Origin: Anaeramoeba ignava BMAN
Lineage: Eukaryota > Protista > Anaeramoebae
Direction: 5' to 3'
Length of the DNA stretch: 64,000 nucleotides
NCBI GenBank assembly: GCA_028826165.1
Contig: JAPDFW010000070.1
Coordinates: 124,001 to 188,000 of the forward strand
The notes below the pieces were generated by a model. That model saw only the letters and a list, made by a program, of their open reading frames with translations. It did not search any database and had not been told where the DNA came from. Below are positions 38,474-53,926 of this stretch, piece after piece. How positions within the stretch are numbered: position 1 is the stretch's first letter; the number at the start of each line of letters is the position of its first letter. Made by a program: the position numbers and the translations under genes.

Positions 38474-41400
38474 ATGGATATTACAGAATTACTTCTTCAA
38501 GCACAAAATTCAAGTATTTGATTTACAAAAAAAATCAATTTAAATTTAAATTAAATTTAAAAATGAAAAAAATTTTTTTTTAAAATTCAAAAGATAATCA
38601 AATAAGAATTTCTGCAGAAGAGATTCTTATTAAAGAAAAAGAAGAAAATTATATTTCATTTATTTGGTTGATGTCGAATGAATTAATTTCAGAAGAAAAA
38701 CCTTTAAAAACAAGACAACTTGCTGGTTTAATTTTAAAAAATTGTTTTTCATCAAAAGATGTTCAAATTCAAAATAAAATGTATAATGATTGGTTAAATC
38801 AAGAACAAGAAACAAGAGCAGAAATTAAAAGAATTGTATTTATTTCAACAAATTATTTCAACAAATTATTTAAACAAATTATTTCAACAAATTATTTATT
38901 TCAACAAATTATTTCAACAAATTATTTATTTAAACAAATTATTTATTTCAACAAATTATTTATTTCAACAATTTATTTATTTATTTCAACAAATTATTTA
39001 TTTCAACAAATTATTTATTTCTTTCAACAAATTATTTATTTCTTTCAACAAATTATTTATTTCTTTCAACAAATTATTTATTTCAACAAATTATTTATTT
39101 AAACAATTTATTTATTTAAACAAATTATTTATTTAAACAATTTATTTATTTAAACAAATTATTTATTTAAACAATTTATTTATTTCAACAATTTATTTCT
39201 TTCAACAATTTATTTATTTCAACAAATTATTTATTTCAACAAATTATTTATTTCAACAATTTATTTATTTCAACAAATTATTTATTTCCACAAATTATTT
39301 ATTTCAACAATTTATTTATTTAAACAAATTATTTATTTCAACAATTTATTTCAACAAATTATTTATTTATTTCAACAAATTATTTATTTCTTTCAACAAA
39401 TTATTTATTTCTTTCAACAAATTATTTATTTCTTTCAACAAATTATTTATTTCAACAAATTATTTATTTCAACAAATTATTTATTATTTAAACAATTTAT
39501 TTATTTAAACAAATTATTTATTTAAACAAATTATTTATTTCAACAAATTATTTATTTCAACAAATTATTTCAACAATTTATTTATTTTAACAATTTATTT
39601 ATTTATTTAAACAATTTATTTATTTCAACAAATTATTTATTTCAACAAATTATTTATTATTTATTATTTATTTATTCATTCTAAAAATTTATTTATTATT
39701 TTTATTACAATAGCTCTTCGTTTCTCTTGGATCTAAACATAAAATTATTAGACATACAACAGCACAAATTATTATGAATATTGCATTACTTGAATTTATA
39801 AATGAAAAATGGAATAATTTTCTCTCAGATTGCATCCATTTTGCAACAACAAATCCAGAAAATACAAATATTTTTGAAGGAATTTTTACTTGTATTGGAT
39901 ATTTCTTAGAAAATATTTCACAAATGGATATCATTTATGAAATAAAAGAAATTGATCAAGTTTTGCAATTTATTGTAAATGTTCTTAAAGAGAATCCAGA
40001 TACTCAAATACAAAAATCCACTTTAATTTCACTTTATCATAGCATTGATTTTTCTCGAAATGTTTTTGAAAATCAAGAAGATTGTGATGTTCTTATGGAA
40101 GTTATTCTAAATGGATCTCAACACCAAGAATCATCAGAAATACAAGAAATTTCATTTCAATGCTTTACAAAAATTGGGTTTTTGTATTATAAAATACTTC
40201 CCCGTTACATTGATAAAATTTATCAAGTATATTTCTTATTAATTTCATTTCAAAAATTTTATTGAAAAAAATTATTATTGAAAAAATTATTCTTTTAGTC
40301 ATCAATTAATTCAATCAAAAATGATAATAATGCTTCCATTCAAGCAATCGAGTTTTGGTCAACAATTTGCGAAGAAGAAATAAAACTGGGTGATTCAGAA
40401 GAAATGAACCATTTTGTTCATGATTGTTCATTTCATCTTGTTCCAATAATACTTGAATCAATTAAAAATCAAACAGAATATAACGATCCAAATGAATGGA
40501 CAAAATCAAAAGCTGCATCAGTTTGCTTATCATTGATATCATCAACAATCCACGACGAAATCATCAATTATGTGATTCCATTTGTTGAAGAAAACATCAA
40601 ATCAGAAAATTTCAGAGATCAAGAATCAGCAATAATTGCATTTGGGGAAATTTTAGAAGGAATATCAGAAGAAAAATCAAAAACATTTATTGAACAAATA
40701 TCATCCATTTTGTTTGAATTACTCAATCATAACAATCCTCAAATAAGAGATTCAACAGGATGGACAATTGGCAAAATATGTGAAATCAATCCAATTGCAA
40801 TTTTTCCTCGTTATGAAGATTTGGTTCAAAAATTGCTTGTTCTTCTTGATGATACTCCAGATATTGCACTCAATTCTTGTTGGAGTTTCTTAAATTTAGC
40901 AAATTCTTATTCTTATTTTCAAGATGATCCACTTTTTGATTCTCAATTTCCTCAAATTCTTAATGGTTTGTTGATTTGTACAGAGAGAAAAGATGCTGAT
41001 TTAGCTGGTTTGCGTGTTTCTGCTTTTGAATCTCTTTCTGCAAATGTTGTATCTGCTCCTGAAACTTGTATTCAAATTGTTGATCAATTAACTACTTCAA
41101 TTCTAGAAAAAATATCTAATAGTTTTGAATCGAATGTAAACAAAATTTTTAATATAATTTTTAATATAATTTTTAATATAATTTTTAATATAATTTTTAA
41201 TATAATTTTTAATATAATTTTTAATATAATTTTTAATCCAATTTTTAATATAATTTTTAATCTAATTTTTAATATAATTTTTAATATAATTTTTAATCTA
41301 ATTTTTAATATAATTTTTAATCCAATTTTTAATATAATTTTTAATCTAATTTTTAATCCAATTTTTAATCCAATTTTTAATCTAATTTTTAATCTAATTT

Positions 41401-42638
41401 TTAATCCAATTTTTAATATTTTTAATATAATTTTTAATATAATTTTAATCCAATTTTTAATCTAATTTTTAATAGATTTTTGAATTTCAAGATCAAACTT
41501 CAAAATATCAAACTCAATCAGGTTTATTATTAGTTATTTTATCTTCAACATCTCGATTAAAGGAACAAATTGAATCTCATATTCCTACAATTTTCTTAAT
41601 TATTAATCACATCTTTGAAAATGATTTTCAAGATCTTTGGGAAAGTTGTCTTTTAATCATTGGTTCATTATTAAATAGTATATCAAATAATTCAAATATT
41701 TAAAATATTATCAAATAATTCAAATATTTAAAATATAAAATATAAAATAATTCAAATATTTAAAATAATTCAAATATAAAATAAAATATTTAGTTTTTGA
41801 ACAACAGATCGAAATTTTTATCAAACCAATAATCACACAAATCGTTAACACAATACAATTAAATAATCAATCAAACTCATTTTCTATTGCTTCTGCTGGT
41901 GTTATTGGAGATTTATTTCGATACACCTCATCACTTGTTGAACCATTTTTTGATTTAATTATAAAATCTTTAATTCAAAATATTCAAAATAAATCAATTG
42001 ATTTGAAATCAAAGAAAATATTCATTTCTTGTATTGGTGATTCTTGTATTTCTTTACCCGAAAATTCTATTAAATATTATCATTTAATTATTCCTTGTAT
42101 CAAAAATTTAGTTGATGATTTACTTGAATCTGTAAATATTTCCAAAAATAAAATAAATCAAAAAAATAATTATTAAGTGATTAATATTATTATTAAAATA
42201 ATTGGAAAAAAAAGCAAAAACAAAAACAGCAAATCAAACAATCAAATCAAGAAATATTAAGTTCAGTTTTATATCTATTTTTTGCATTCATTTCGTCTTT
42301 AAATCATTCATATTTTCGTAGATTTAATCAATTTTTAATTGATCTAATAAGAATTATTGAAGAAATAACTGGATTTGAAGAAATTAGTGAAGATTTAATT
42401 CATTTAACTTTAAATATTCTTGTGTTTGTTTTTTAAATTAAATTTATAATCCAAATTTTTGATTAAATTTTTTTTAATTTAAATTTTTAATAGAGAAATG
42501 ATTGAGAAATTTGATCAAAAAGTAAAGAAAATGATTCAAAAACCAAATATTATTCAATTTTTAAACTTTATAGAAAGTTTTGATAATGAAAATATTATAG
42601 AAAAAAGAGTTTTTATTTTGTCATTTCTTTTCCAATAA
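38474..42638 (+). CDS. KPNB1: Importin beta-1 family karyopherin (divergent C-terminus), multi-exon
   Basis: RQLAGLILKN, QAIEFWSTICEEE, EWTKSKAASVCL, IAFGEILEG, RDSTGWTIGKI and LRVSAFESL are importin-beta HEAT motifs. Confidence 0.85.
38836..39713. repeat. Intronic 17-bp-type repeat (ATTATTTATTTCAACAA)n
   Basis: Fills importin-beta intron 2 from GT 38836 to AG 39713. Confidence 0.88.
41140..41470. repeat. Intronic (ATTTTTAATATA/CCA/CTA)n 12-mer repeat
   Basis: Source of the IFNI tail of ORF 40404; bounded by GT and AG. Confidence 0.85.
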
Positions 42639-42751
42639 AAATAATTCATAAATTACGTTTCAAAAAAATTTTTTTTCTTTCATTTTTTTTCTTTCATTTT
42701 CCTTTTTTTTTTTTCTTTTAAAAAAATTTGAATTAAAAAAATTTAATTAAA

Positions 42752-44887
42752 ATGCCTACAGTAAAAGAATTACTTTACAGAATTGCAAGAGGAGCTTCAG
42801 GAACAGGTTCTCCTCAACTTTATGCTTCTGGAATTCATTTCAGCTATTATTGCTTTATTAATTCTTTATGAAATTATAAGAACAATTAAAATAACTGGGT
42901 AAATTGCAATTTTAATTTTAATTTATATTTTTAATTTACAAATTTTTAATTTATTTTTTTGTTTAGATCAACTTGGAAAAATTTAACTTCAAGATTTAGA
43001 ATTTTAATTTTATCTTCTTGTTTTTTGGAATTGATTTTAAGTGCAATACTTTTCATTGTTTCTTTTAATTGGAAATCAGCTTTCTTAGTACTTTTTTTTT
43101 ATAATAGTTTACCAATTTGGCTTCAATTTTGCACGTAAATATTTAAAATATTTAAAATATTTAAATCAAAAATATTTAAAATATACAAAATCAAATTATT
43201 TAAATCAAAAATATTTAAATTAAAAATATATTTAAAATCAAAATTATTTAAATCAAAAATATTTAAATCAAAAATATTTAAAACAAATATTTAAATCAAA
43301 AATATTTAAATCAAAAATATTTAAATCAAAAATATTTAAATCAAAAATATACAAAATCAAATTATTTAAATCAAAATATTTAAAATATTAAAATCAAAAT
43401 ATTTAAAATATTTAAATCAAAATATTTAAAAATATATTTAAATCAAATATATTTAAATCAAATATATTTAAAATCAAATAATTAAAATATTAAAATCAAA
43501 TTATTTAAATTAAAATATTTAAATCAAAATATATTTAAATCAAAAATATTTAAATCAAAATATTTAAATCAATATATTTAAATCAAATATTTAAAATCAA
43601 AATATTTAAATCAAAAATATTTAAATCAAAAATATTTAAATCAAAAATATTTAAATCAAAAATATTTAAATCAAAAATATTAAAATCAAAATATTTAAAA
43701 TCAAAAATATTTAAATCAAAAATATTTAAATCAAAATTATTAAAATCAAAAATATTTAAATCAAAAATATTTAAATCAAATATTTAAATCAAAATTATTA
43801 AAATTAAAATATTTAAATCAAAAATATATTTAAATCAAAAATATTTAAATCAAATATATTTAAATCAAAAATATTTAAAATCAAATATTTAAAATCAAAT
43901 ATTTAAAATCAAATATTTAAATCAAAAATATACAAAATCAAATTATTTAAATCAAAAATATTTAAAATATACAAAATCAAATTATTTAAATCAAAAATAT
44001 TTAAATTAAAAATATATTTAAAATCAAATAATTAAAATATTTAAAATCAAAATTATTTAAATCAAAAATATTTAAATCAAAAATATTTAAAACAAATATT
44101 TAAATCAAAAATATTTAAATCAAAAATATTTAAATCAAAAATATTTAAATCAAAAATATACAAAATCAAATTATTAAAATCAAATATATTTAAAAATATT
44201 TAAATCAAATATTTTTTCCACAAAAAAAATAGATTCATTTTTTACATCCTTTATCTTGCTAAAACTCTTTATATGATTGAAGGAAAACAAACTAAATTGA
44301 AAAAATATCTTGATTTGATTTTTTCAATTTTAATTATTGTTTGTTTTATTATTGTAATTCTTATTGATTATTTTAATGCAAAAAGTATCAATGAAGGAAA
44401 AAATAGTTTAGATAGAAATATTTTATCAGGTTTATATACCATTGTTTTGATGCTTCCATTATCGATATTGTTTGTAGTTATGGGAGTGAAATACTACAAA
44501 AAATCTAAAGATTACCTTTTAGTCAAAATCCAAAAAGAAAGAATCAAATACACAATTATATTGATAGTAATTGATGGCTCAATTTTTACTACTTTTCTCA
44601 TTTGGTCTTTATTTAGTGCTTTCGAAATTAATGAGGCTATAAAAAAAATTGAAAACTATTTGAAAAATGAGGAATATTCAAAATATGATACATCTGTTTT
44701 TTTTACTAATTTTGTATTTGTTTTGATTCCCGCTTTTGTTTTGTTTATCATTTTACATCGTATTTTAAGTATTGAAAAAGGAATGTTTCAAAGAGAAGAA
44801 AATATTCTTTTGGCTGAAGGTGATGATGATGTTATTGATAATTTTAATGGTGGAAATGAATATAAATTATTTGATGTTAAAAAATAA
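42752..44887 (+). CDS. 7TM GPR137/TOM1-like protein, array copy 1 (one extra base in exon 1 at about 42835)
   Basis: Three exons homologous to the other copies; GGAATTCATTTCAGCT vs GGAATAATTTCAGCT in paralogues; intron 2 is 43135-44232. Confidence 0.75.
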
Positions 44888-45099
44888 ATCCAAAACAATT
44901 TGATTAAATTTTGAAATGAATTAATTCACTTATTTTTATTTTCAAAGAAAAAATTAACAAATTATGTTTGTTTGTTTAAATTGATTTGATTTTGATTTTG
45001 ATTTTGATTTTGATTTTGATTTTGATTTTGATTTTGATTTAAATAAAAAAAAAGGAAATCATTTTTTTTCTTTCTTTTTTCTTTCTTTATTAAATTTAA

Positions 45100-46383
45100 A
45101 TGGCATCTATATTAGAAATTGTAAAAAGAGCTGCAAGAGCAGCTTCAGGAACACGCTCTCCTCAACTTTATATACTTGGTATAATTTCAGCTATTCTTGC
45201 TTTATTAATCCTTTATGAAATTATAAGAACAATTAAATTAACTGGGTAATTTTTTAAAAAACTCAAGTAATTCAATTTATGTTTATGTTCATTTAACTGT
45301 TCAAATTATTTCCTTTCCATTCTTCTCTTTTGTTTAGATCAATTTGGAAAAATATAACTTCAAGATTTAGAATTTTAATTTTAACTTCTTGTTTTTTGGA
45401 AATAACTTTAACTTCAATAGTTTCTCTTGTTTCATTTAATTGGAAATCAGTTTTTTTAATAATTTTTTTTTATACAACTTTACCAACTTTTCTTCAATTT
45501 TGCACGTAAATTTAAAACAGGAATTTAACAATAAATCAATAATTTAATCAATAGTTAAATCAAAATTAAATCAAATTAAATCAAATTAAATCAAATTAAA
45601 TTAAATCAAATTAAATCAAATTAAATCAAATTAAATCAAATCAAAATCAAAAATAAATCAATAGTTAAATCAAAATCAAATCAAAATCAAATCAAATTAA
45701 ATCAATATTCAATATCAAATTTATTTCCAATAAAAAATAGATTTTCTTTTTACATTCTTTATCTTGCTAAAACTCTTTTTATGATTGAAGGAAAACAAAC
45801 TAAATTGAAAAAATATCTTGATTTGATTTTTGTAATTTCAATTATTGTTTACTTTATTTTATTAATTATTCTTGATTATTTTACTGCAAAAAATGTGAAT
45901 GAAGGAAAAGATAATTCAACTTCAAATCTTTTATCAGCTTTATATATTATTATATTTATATTTCCTTTAGTAATTTTGTTTGTAATTATGGGAGTGAAAT
46001 ATTACAGAAAATTTAAAGATTATCTTTTAGTTTCAATTCAAAAAGAAAGAATCAAATATATAATGATTTTGATAATAATTAATGGTGTCATTTTTACTAT
46101 TTTTTTTATTTACGCTTTATTTGGTGCTTTTGAAAAAAACAAAATTTCAGATACTGTTGGTACTTATTTAGCAAATGAAGAATATTCAAAATATGATACT
46201 TATGCTCTTATTTTTACTTTGGTTTTTGGTTTGATTCCCGCTTTTGTTTTGTTTATCATTTTACATCGTATTTTAAGTATTGAAAAAGGAATGTTTCAAA
46301 GACAAGAAAATATTCTTTTGGCTGGAGATGATAATAATGAATATTTGAATAATGAATATAAATTATTTGATGTTAAAAATTAA
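45100..46383 (+). CDS. 7TM GPR137/TOM1-like protein, copy 2
   Basis: Same 3-exon structure; PTFLQFCT|FSFYILY; tail QENILL...YKLF. Confidence 0.8.
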
Positions 46384-46598
46384 TGATTTGAATTAATTAT
46401 TTTATTTAATTCAATTAGATTTGATTTGATTTGATTTGATGTTAAAAATTAATTATTTCATTCTTTCATTGTTATTTCTAAATAAAAAATAAACAAATTT
46501 CCACTTTTGATTTGATTTTCGTATTTTGATTTGATTTAATTAAAAAAAAAGCAAATCATTTTTTTGTTTTCATTTTTTTTTCTTTATTAAATTTAAAA

Positions 46599-47993
46599 AT
46601 GGTATCTTCATTAGAAATTGTAAAAAGATCAGCAAGAGGAGCTTCAGGAACAGGTTCTCCTCAACTTTATATTTCTGGAATAATTTCAGCTATTATTGCT
46701 TTATTAATGCTTTATGAAATTATAAGAACAGTTAAATTAACTGGGTAATTTTTTAAAAATAAAATTTTAATTAAATTTAGTTTCTTATTTATGTTTATTG
46801 AACTGTTCAAATTATTTCCTTTTTCTTTCTTCTCTTTTGTTTAGATCAACTTGGAAAAATTTAACTTCAAGATTTAGATTTTTAATTTTATCTTCTTGTT
46901 TTTTGGAGTTAACTTTAAGTTCAATAGTTTTCATTGTTTCATTTAATTGGAAATCGACTTTTTTAATAATTTTTTTTTATACAACTTTTCCAGTTTTTAT
47001 TCGATTTTGCACGTAAATTTAAAATAGAAATTTAACAATAAATCAATAATTTAATCAAAATCAAAATCAAATCAAATCAAATTAAATCAAAATCAAAATC
47101 AAAATCAAAATCAAAATCAAAATTAAAATTAAAATCAAAATTAAAATTATTAAATCAAAATCAAAATCAAAATCAAAATTAAAATCAAAATTAAAATCAA
47201 AATCAAAATAAAATTCAAAATCAAAATAAAAATCAAAATCAAAATCAAAATCAAAATCAAATCAAATCAATTCAAAATCAAAATCAAAATCAAAATTAAA
47301 TTCAATATTTAATTCAATTTCAATATTTAATATTCAATAAAAAATAGATTTTCTTTTTACATCCTTTATCTTGTTAAAACTCTTTATATGATTGAAGGAA
47401 AACAAACTAAATTGAAAAAATATCTTGATTTAATTTTTTCAATTTCGGTTATTGGTGATTTTATTTTAATAGTAATTCTTGATCATCTTGATGCAAAAAA
47501 TATCAATGAAGGAAAAGATAGTTTAGGTTCAAATCTTTTATCAAGTTTATATATTATTGTTTTGATGCTTCCATTATCTATATTATTTGGAATTATGGGA
47601 GTGAAATATTACAAAAAATTTAAAGATTATCTTTTAGTTTCAATTCAAAAAGAAAGAATTAAATATATAATGATTTTGATAATAATTGAAGGTTCAATTT
47701 TTACTATTTTTCTTATTTACGCTCTATTTAGTGCCTTTGGAATAAATAAGATATCAATTACTGTGGATAATTATTTGGAAAATGAAGAATATTCAAAATA
47801 TGATACTTATGCTCTTATTTTTTCTTTGGTTTTTGTTATTATTCCTGCACTTGTTTTATTTATTATTTTACATCATATTTTAAGTATTGAAAAAGGGATG
47901 TTTCAAAGAGAAGAAAATATTCTTTTGGCTGGAGATGATGATAATAATGAAAATTTGGATAATGAATATAAATTATTTGATGTTAAAAATTAA
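46599..47993 (+). CDS. 7TM GPR137/TOM1-like protein, copy 3
   Basis: Same 3-exon structure, 7 hydrophobic segments, tail EENILL...YKLF. Confidence 0.8.
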
Positions 47994-48184
47994 TAATTTG
48001 ATTTGATTTAATTTTGATTTGATTTGAATTGATTTGAATTGATTTGATTTGATTTGATTTGATTTAATTTAATTTTATTTGATTTAATTTTTTTTGATTT
48101 AATTTTTTGGATTAAATAAAAAAAAAGAAAATTTCATTTTTTTTCTTTTCATTTTTTATTCTTTTTCTTTATTAAATTTAAAAA

Positions 48185-49594
48185 ATGACATCTGTATTAG
48201 AACTTACAAGAAGAGCTGCAAGAGGAGCTTCAGGAACAGGTTCTCCTCAACTTTATATTTCTGGAATAATTTCAGCTATTATTGCTTTATTAATTCTTTA
48301 TGAAATTATAAGAACAATTAAATTAACTGGGTAATTTTTAAAAAATTCATTAAAAAATAAATTAACAAATCATTTCTATTTTTTCTTTTGAGTTTATTTT
48401 TATTTTTAATTTTTTGATGAACTCTTTTTGAATTTTAAATTTCAAAACAAAAACAATTTAACTTTTATTCTTCCTTTTTATTTAGATCAATTTGGAAAAA
48501 TATAACTTCAAGATTTAGAATTTTAATTTTATCTTCTTGTTTTTTAGAATTAACTTTAAGTGCAATCATTTATATTGTTTCATTTAATTGGAAATCTACT
48601 TTTTTAATAATTTTTTTTTATACAACTTTACCAATTTTTCTTCAATTTTGCACGTAAATTTAAAACAGGAATTAAATTTAATTAAATCAAACCAAATCAA
48701 ACCAAACCAAATCAAATTAAATCAAATCAAATCAAATTAAATCAAATCAAATCAAATCAAATTAAATTAAATTAAATTAAATTAAAATTAAATCAAATCA
48801 AATTAAATCAAAATCAAATCAAATTAAATCAAAATTAAATTAAATTAAATTAAATTAAATTAAATTAAATAAAATTAAATCAATATCAATATTCAACATT
48901 TAATATCAATATCAATTTTTCCACAAAAAAAAATAGATTCATTTTTTACATCCTTTATCTTTCTAAAACTCTTTATATGATTGAAGGAAAACAAACTAAA
49001 TTGAAAAAATATCTTGATTTGATTGTTGCAATTTCGGTTATTGTCTGCTTTGTTTTAATAATTATTATTGGTTATTTTAATGCAAAAATGATGGATGAAG
49101 AAAAAGATAATTTAGCATTAGATATTTTATCATTTTTATATATTTTTATTTTGATCCTACCATTACCAATTTTGTTTATAGTTATGGGAGTGAAATATTA
49201 CAAAAAATTTAAAGGATATATTTTAGTCAAAATCCAAAAAGAAAGAATTAAATATATAATGATTTTGATAGTAATTGATGGATCACTTTTAACTATTTTT
49301 TTCATTTCAAATTTATGTTCTGTTTTTGGAATAAATAAGATTACAAGTAATACTAGTGATTATTTGGAAAATAAAGAATATTCAAAATATGATACTTATT
49401 CACTTTTCACTAATTTGATTTATGTTATTATTCCTGCATTTGTTTTATTTATTGTTTTACATCGTATTTTAAGTATTGAAAAAGGAATTTTTGGAAGAGA
49501 AGAAAATATTCTTTTGGCTGGAGATGATGATGATTATAATATTGATAGTATTAATGGTGGAAATGAATATAAATTATTTGATGTTAAAAATTAA
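48185..49594 (+). CDS. 7TM GPR137/TOM1-like protein, copy 4
   Basis: Same exon structure and motifs. Confidence 0.8.
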
Positions 49595-49748
49595 TTGATT
49601 CCAAAAATTTATTTGATTTTGGAATGAATTGATTTTGATTTGATTTGATTTTTTTATTTTGTTTTTTTGGATTAAAGGAAATTGGGGAAAAAATTTTTCA
49701 TTTTTTTTCATTTTCATTTTTATTCTCATTTATTATTAAATTTAAAAA

Positions 49749-51290
49749 ATGGTGCCTTTATTAGAACTTACAAAAAGAATGGCAAGAGGAGCTTCAGGAA
49801 CAAATTCTCCTCAACTTTATATTTCTGGAATAATTTCAGCTATTATTGCTTTATTAATTCTTTATGAAATTATAAGAACAATTAAATTAACTGGGTAATT
49901 TTTAAAAAATTCATTAAAAATAAATTAACAAATCATTTCTATTTTTTCTTTTGAGTTTATTTTTATTTTTAATTTTTGATCAATTCTTTTTTTAGAAGGA
50001 ATTTCAAAACAAAAACAATTTAACTTTTTTTCTTCTCTTTTATTTAGATCAACTTGGAAAAATATAACTTCAAGATTTAGAATTTTAATTTTAACTTCTT
50101 GTTTTTTGGAGTTAACTTTAACTTCAATACTTTTCATTGTTTCATTTAATTGGAAATCTACTTTTTTAATAATTTTTTTTTATATCACTTTTCCAGCTTG
50201 GCTTCAATTTTGCACGTAAATTTAAAACAGAAATTAAATTAATTCAATATTTAATATTTAATATTTAATTCAATATTCAATATTCAATACAATATTCAAT
50301 ATTCAATTCAATTTTCAATATTTAATATTCAATATTTAATATTGAATTAAATATTCAATTCAATATTCAATTCAATTCAATATTCAATTCAATTCAATTC
50401 AATTCAATATTCAATTCAATTCAATATTTAATATTCAATTCAATTCAATATTTAATATTTAATTTAAATTCAATTTCAATTCAATTCAATATTCAATTCA
50501 AATCAAAATTAAAATAAAATTCAAATTAATATTTAATTTCAATATTTAATATTCAATTCAATTCAATTCAATATTCAATTCAATTCAATATTTAATATTT
50601 AATTTCAATATTTAATATTCAATAAAAAATAGATTTGCTTTTTACATCCTTTATCTTGTTAAAACTCTTTATATGATTGAAGGAAAACAAACTAAATTGA
50701 AAAAATATCTCGATTTCATTTTTGGAATTTTGATTAGTGTCTGCATTATTTTAATTGTGATTCTTGATTATTTTGATGCAAAAATGTTGGATGAAGGAAA
50801 AGATAATTTAGCATTAGATATTTTATCAGTTTTATATAATATTATTTTGATGCTTCCATTATCAATATTATTTATAATTACAGGAGTAAAATATTACAAA
50901 AAATTTAAAGGATATATTTTAGTCAAAATTCAAAAAGAAAGAATTAAATATACAATGATTCTGGTTTTAATTGATGGTTCACTTTTTACTATTTTTCTCA
51001 TCTCAAATTTATTTAGTCTTTTTGGAATAAATAAGATTACAAATAGTGTTGATGATTATTTGGAAAATAAAGAATATTCAAAATATGATACTTATTCACT
51101 TTTCGTCACTTTGATTTTTATTGTGATTCCTGCACTTGTTTTATTTATTGTTTTACATCGTATTTTAAGTATTGAAAAAGGAATGTTTGGAAGAGAAGAA
51201 AATATTCTTTTGACTGGAGATGATGATGATTATAATATTGATAATATTAATGGTGGAAATGAATATAAATTATTTGATGTTAAAAAATAA
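49749..51290 (+). CDS. 7TM GPR137/TOM1-like protein, copy 5
   Basis: Same structure; intron 1 and exon 3 are very close to copy 4. Confidence 0.8.
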
Positions 51291-51508
51291 TTTCCAAAAA
51301 TTTATTTGATTTTGGAATGAATTGATTTTGGAATGAATTGATTTTGGAATGAATTGATTTAATTGAATTGATTCCTTTCTTTTGTTTATTAATAAAAAGA
51401 AAAAGTCAAAATTAATTTAACATTTTTCTTTTTATTAAAATGTGATCAAAAAAAAAAATTTATTTTTATTTTTTTTCATTTTTTATTTTTGTTTGTTTTA
51501 AAATTTAA

Positions 51509-53472
51509 ATGGCAACTCCATTGGAAATTGTAAAAAGATCCGCAAGAGGAGCTTCAGGAACAAATTCTCCACAACTTTATATAATTGGATTCATTTTAGT
51601 TATTGTTGCTTTATTAGTTATTTATGAAATTATAAGAACAACTAAATTAATTGGGTAATTTCATTTAAAAAATTCATTTAAAAATTCATTTATAATTTTA
51701 TTATTTCTTTTTATTTCTTATTTAGATCTACTTGGAAAAATATAACTTCAAGATTTAGAATTCTAATTTTAACTTCTTGTTTTTTACAATTAGCTTTAAC
51801 TTCAATACTTTTTCTTATTTCATTTAATTGGAAATCAATTTTTCCTTTACTTTTTTTTTATAATTATTTACCAGCTTGGCTTCAATTTTGCACGTAAATT
51901 TGAAATCCAAATTCAAATCCAAATTCAAATTCAAATTCAAATTCAAATTAAAATCCAAATTAAAATCCAAATTAAAATTTCAAATTAAATTCAAATTCAA
52001 ATTCAAATTCAAATTCAAATTCAAATTCAAATTAAAATTCAAATTAAAATTAAAATTAAAATTAAAATTAAAATTAAAATCCAAATTAAAATTAAAATCC
52101 AAATTAAAATCCAAATCAAAATTAAAATTAAAATTAAAATTAAAATTAAAATCCAAATTCAAATTCAAATTCAAATTAAAATTAAAATTCAAATTCCAAA
52201 TCCAAATCCAAATTCAAATTCAAATTCAAATTCAAATTCAAATTAAAATTAAAATTAAAATTAAAATTCAAAATTCAAATTCCAAATTCAAATTTCAAAT
52301 TCAAATTAAAATTAAAATCCAAATTAAAAATTCAAATTAAAAATTAAACCAAATTAAAATTAAATCCAAATTAAAATTCAAATTCAAATTCAAATTAAAA
52401 TTCAAAAATTCAAATCGAAATTCAAATTAAAATTTCAAATTAAAATTAAAATTAAAATTAAAATTAAAATTAAAATTCAAAATTAAAAATTAAAATTCCA
52501 AATTCAAATTCAAATTCAAATTCCAAAATTAAATTCAAATTCAAATTCAAATTCAAATTCAAATTCAAATTAAAATTAAAATTCAAATTAAAATTCAAAT
52601 TCAAATTCAAATCCAAATCAAAATTAAAATCAAAATTCAAATCCTCAAATTAAAATCAAATTCAAAATTAAAATTCAAATTAAAATCCAAATTAAAATTC
52701 AAATTAAAATTCAAATTCAAATTCAAATTCAAATTCAAATTCAAATCAAAATTAAAATTAAAATTAAAATTCAAATTAAAATTAAATTCAATTTTATTTT
52801 TCAAATAAAAATAGATTTATTCTTTACATTCTTTATCTTTCTAAAACTTTTCGTTTAGTCGAAGGAAAACAAACTAAAGCAAAAAAATATTTTGATTTCA
52901 TTTTTGCATTTTTGATTATTGGTAGTTTCATTTTAGTAATTCTTGTTAGTTATTTTAATGGAAAAAACTTGGAAGATGGAAAAAATAATTCAAATTCAGG
53001 TATTTTAGAAGCATTATATATTGTTATCTTAATGCTTCCATTAGTCATCTTATTTATAGTTATGGGAGTGAAATATTACAAAAAATTTCAAGGATATATT
53101 TTAGTCAAAATCCAAAAAGAAAGAATTAAATACACAATTATTCTGTTACTTATTGATGGTTCAATTTTTACTATTTTCCTTATTTACGCTTTAGTTGCTA
53201 CTTTTGGAAAAAATAAAATTACAAAGAGTGTTGATGATTATTTGGAAAATAAAGAATATTCAAAGTTCGATACTTATGTTCTTATTTTTACTTTTATTTT
53301 TATTGTGATTCCTGCTTTTGTTTTATTTATTATTTTGCACCGTGTTTTAACTATTGAAAAAAGAATGTTTCAAAGAGAAGAAAATGTTCTTTTGGCTGAT
53401 CCTGATGATGATTATAATATTGATAATATTAATGGTGGAAATGAATATAAATTATTTGATGTTAAAAATTAA
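51509..53472 (+). CDS. 7TM GPR137/TOM1-like protein, copy 6
   Basis: Same structure; intron 2 is 51894-52814. Confidence 0.8.
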
Positions 53473-53926
53473 TTTCCAAAAATTTTGATTTTTAATTTTA
53501 ATTTTTAATTTTTGATTTAAAAAGAATAAAATTCAAATTGAAAATTGATTTGATTTTTTTTTTGGAATTAGGGAAAATATTTCAATTATCAAAAAAAGAA
53601 AATAACTTTTTAAAATTAATTTTTAATTTAATTCTTTTCTCAATTTTTTTATTAATTTTAAATAAAAATAAATTTAGAAATCAAATCAAAATTTAAAATC
53701 AAATCAAATTATAAAGAAATCTAAATTGTGATAGAAATTTTATTATTAATTTTTTTTTTCTTTTTCATTTTCATTTTTATTATTTTTTTTTTCATTTTCC
53801 ACAATAATTAAACCAAAAAAAAACAACGAAATAAAAACAAATCAAATCAAAAAGAAACCAATTTTTTAATTTGTGTTCCAAAAATAAAAATTAAAAAAAT
53901 AAAAATTAAAAAAATAAATTTAAAAA

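Noticed and set aside
12785-42840. Programmed ribosomal frameshifting suggested by single-base shifts at about 12787, 25695, 27633, 29712 and 42835
   Set aside because: Shifts go in both directions, mostly in homopolymer runs with no shared signal; long-read indel errors are the simpler explanation. Check with accurate reads.
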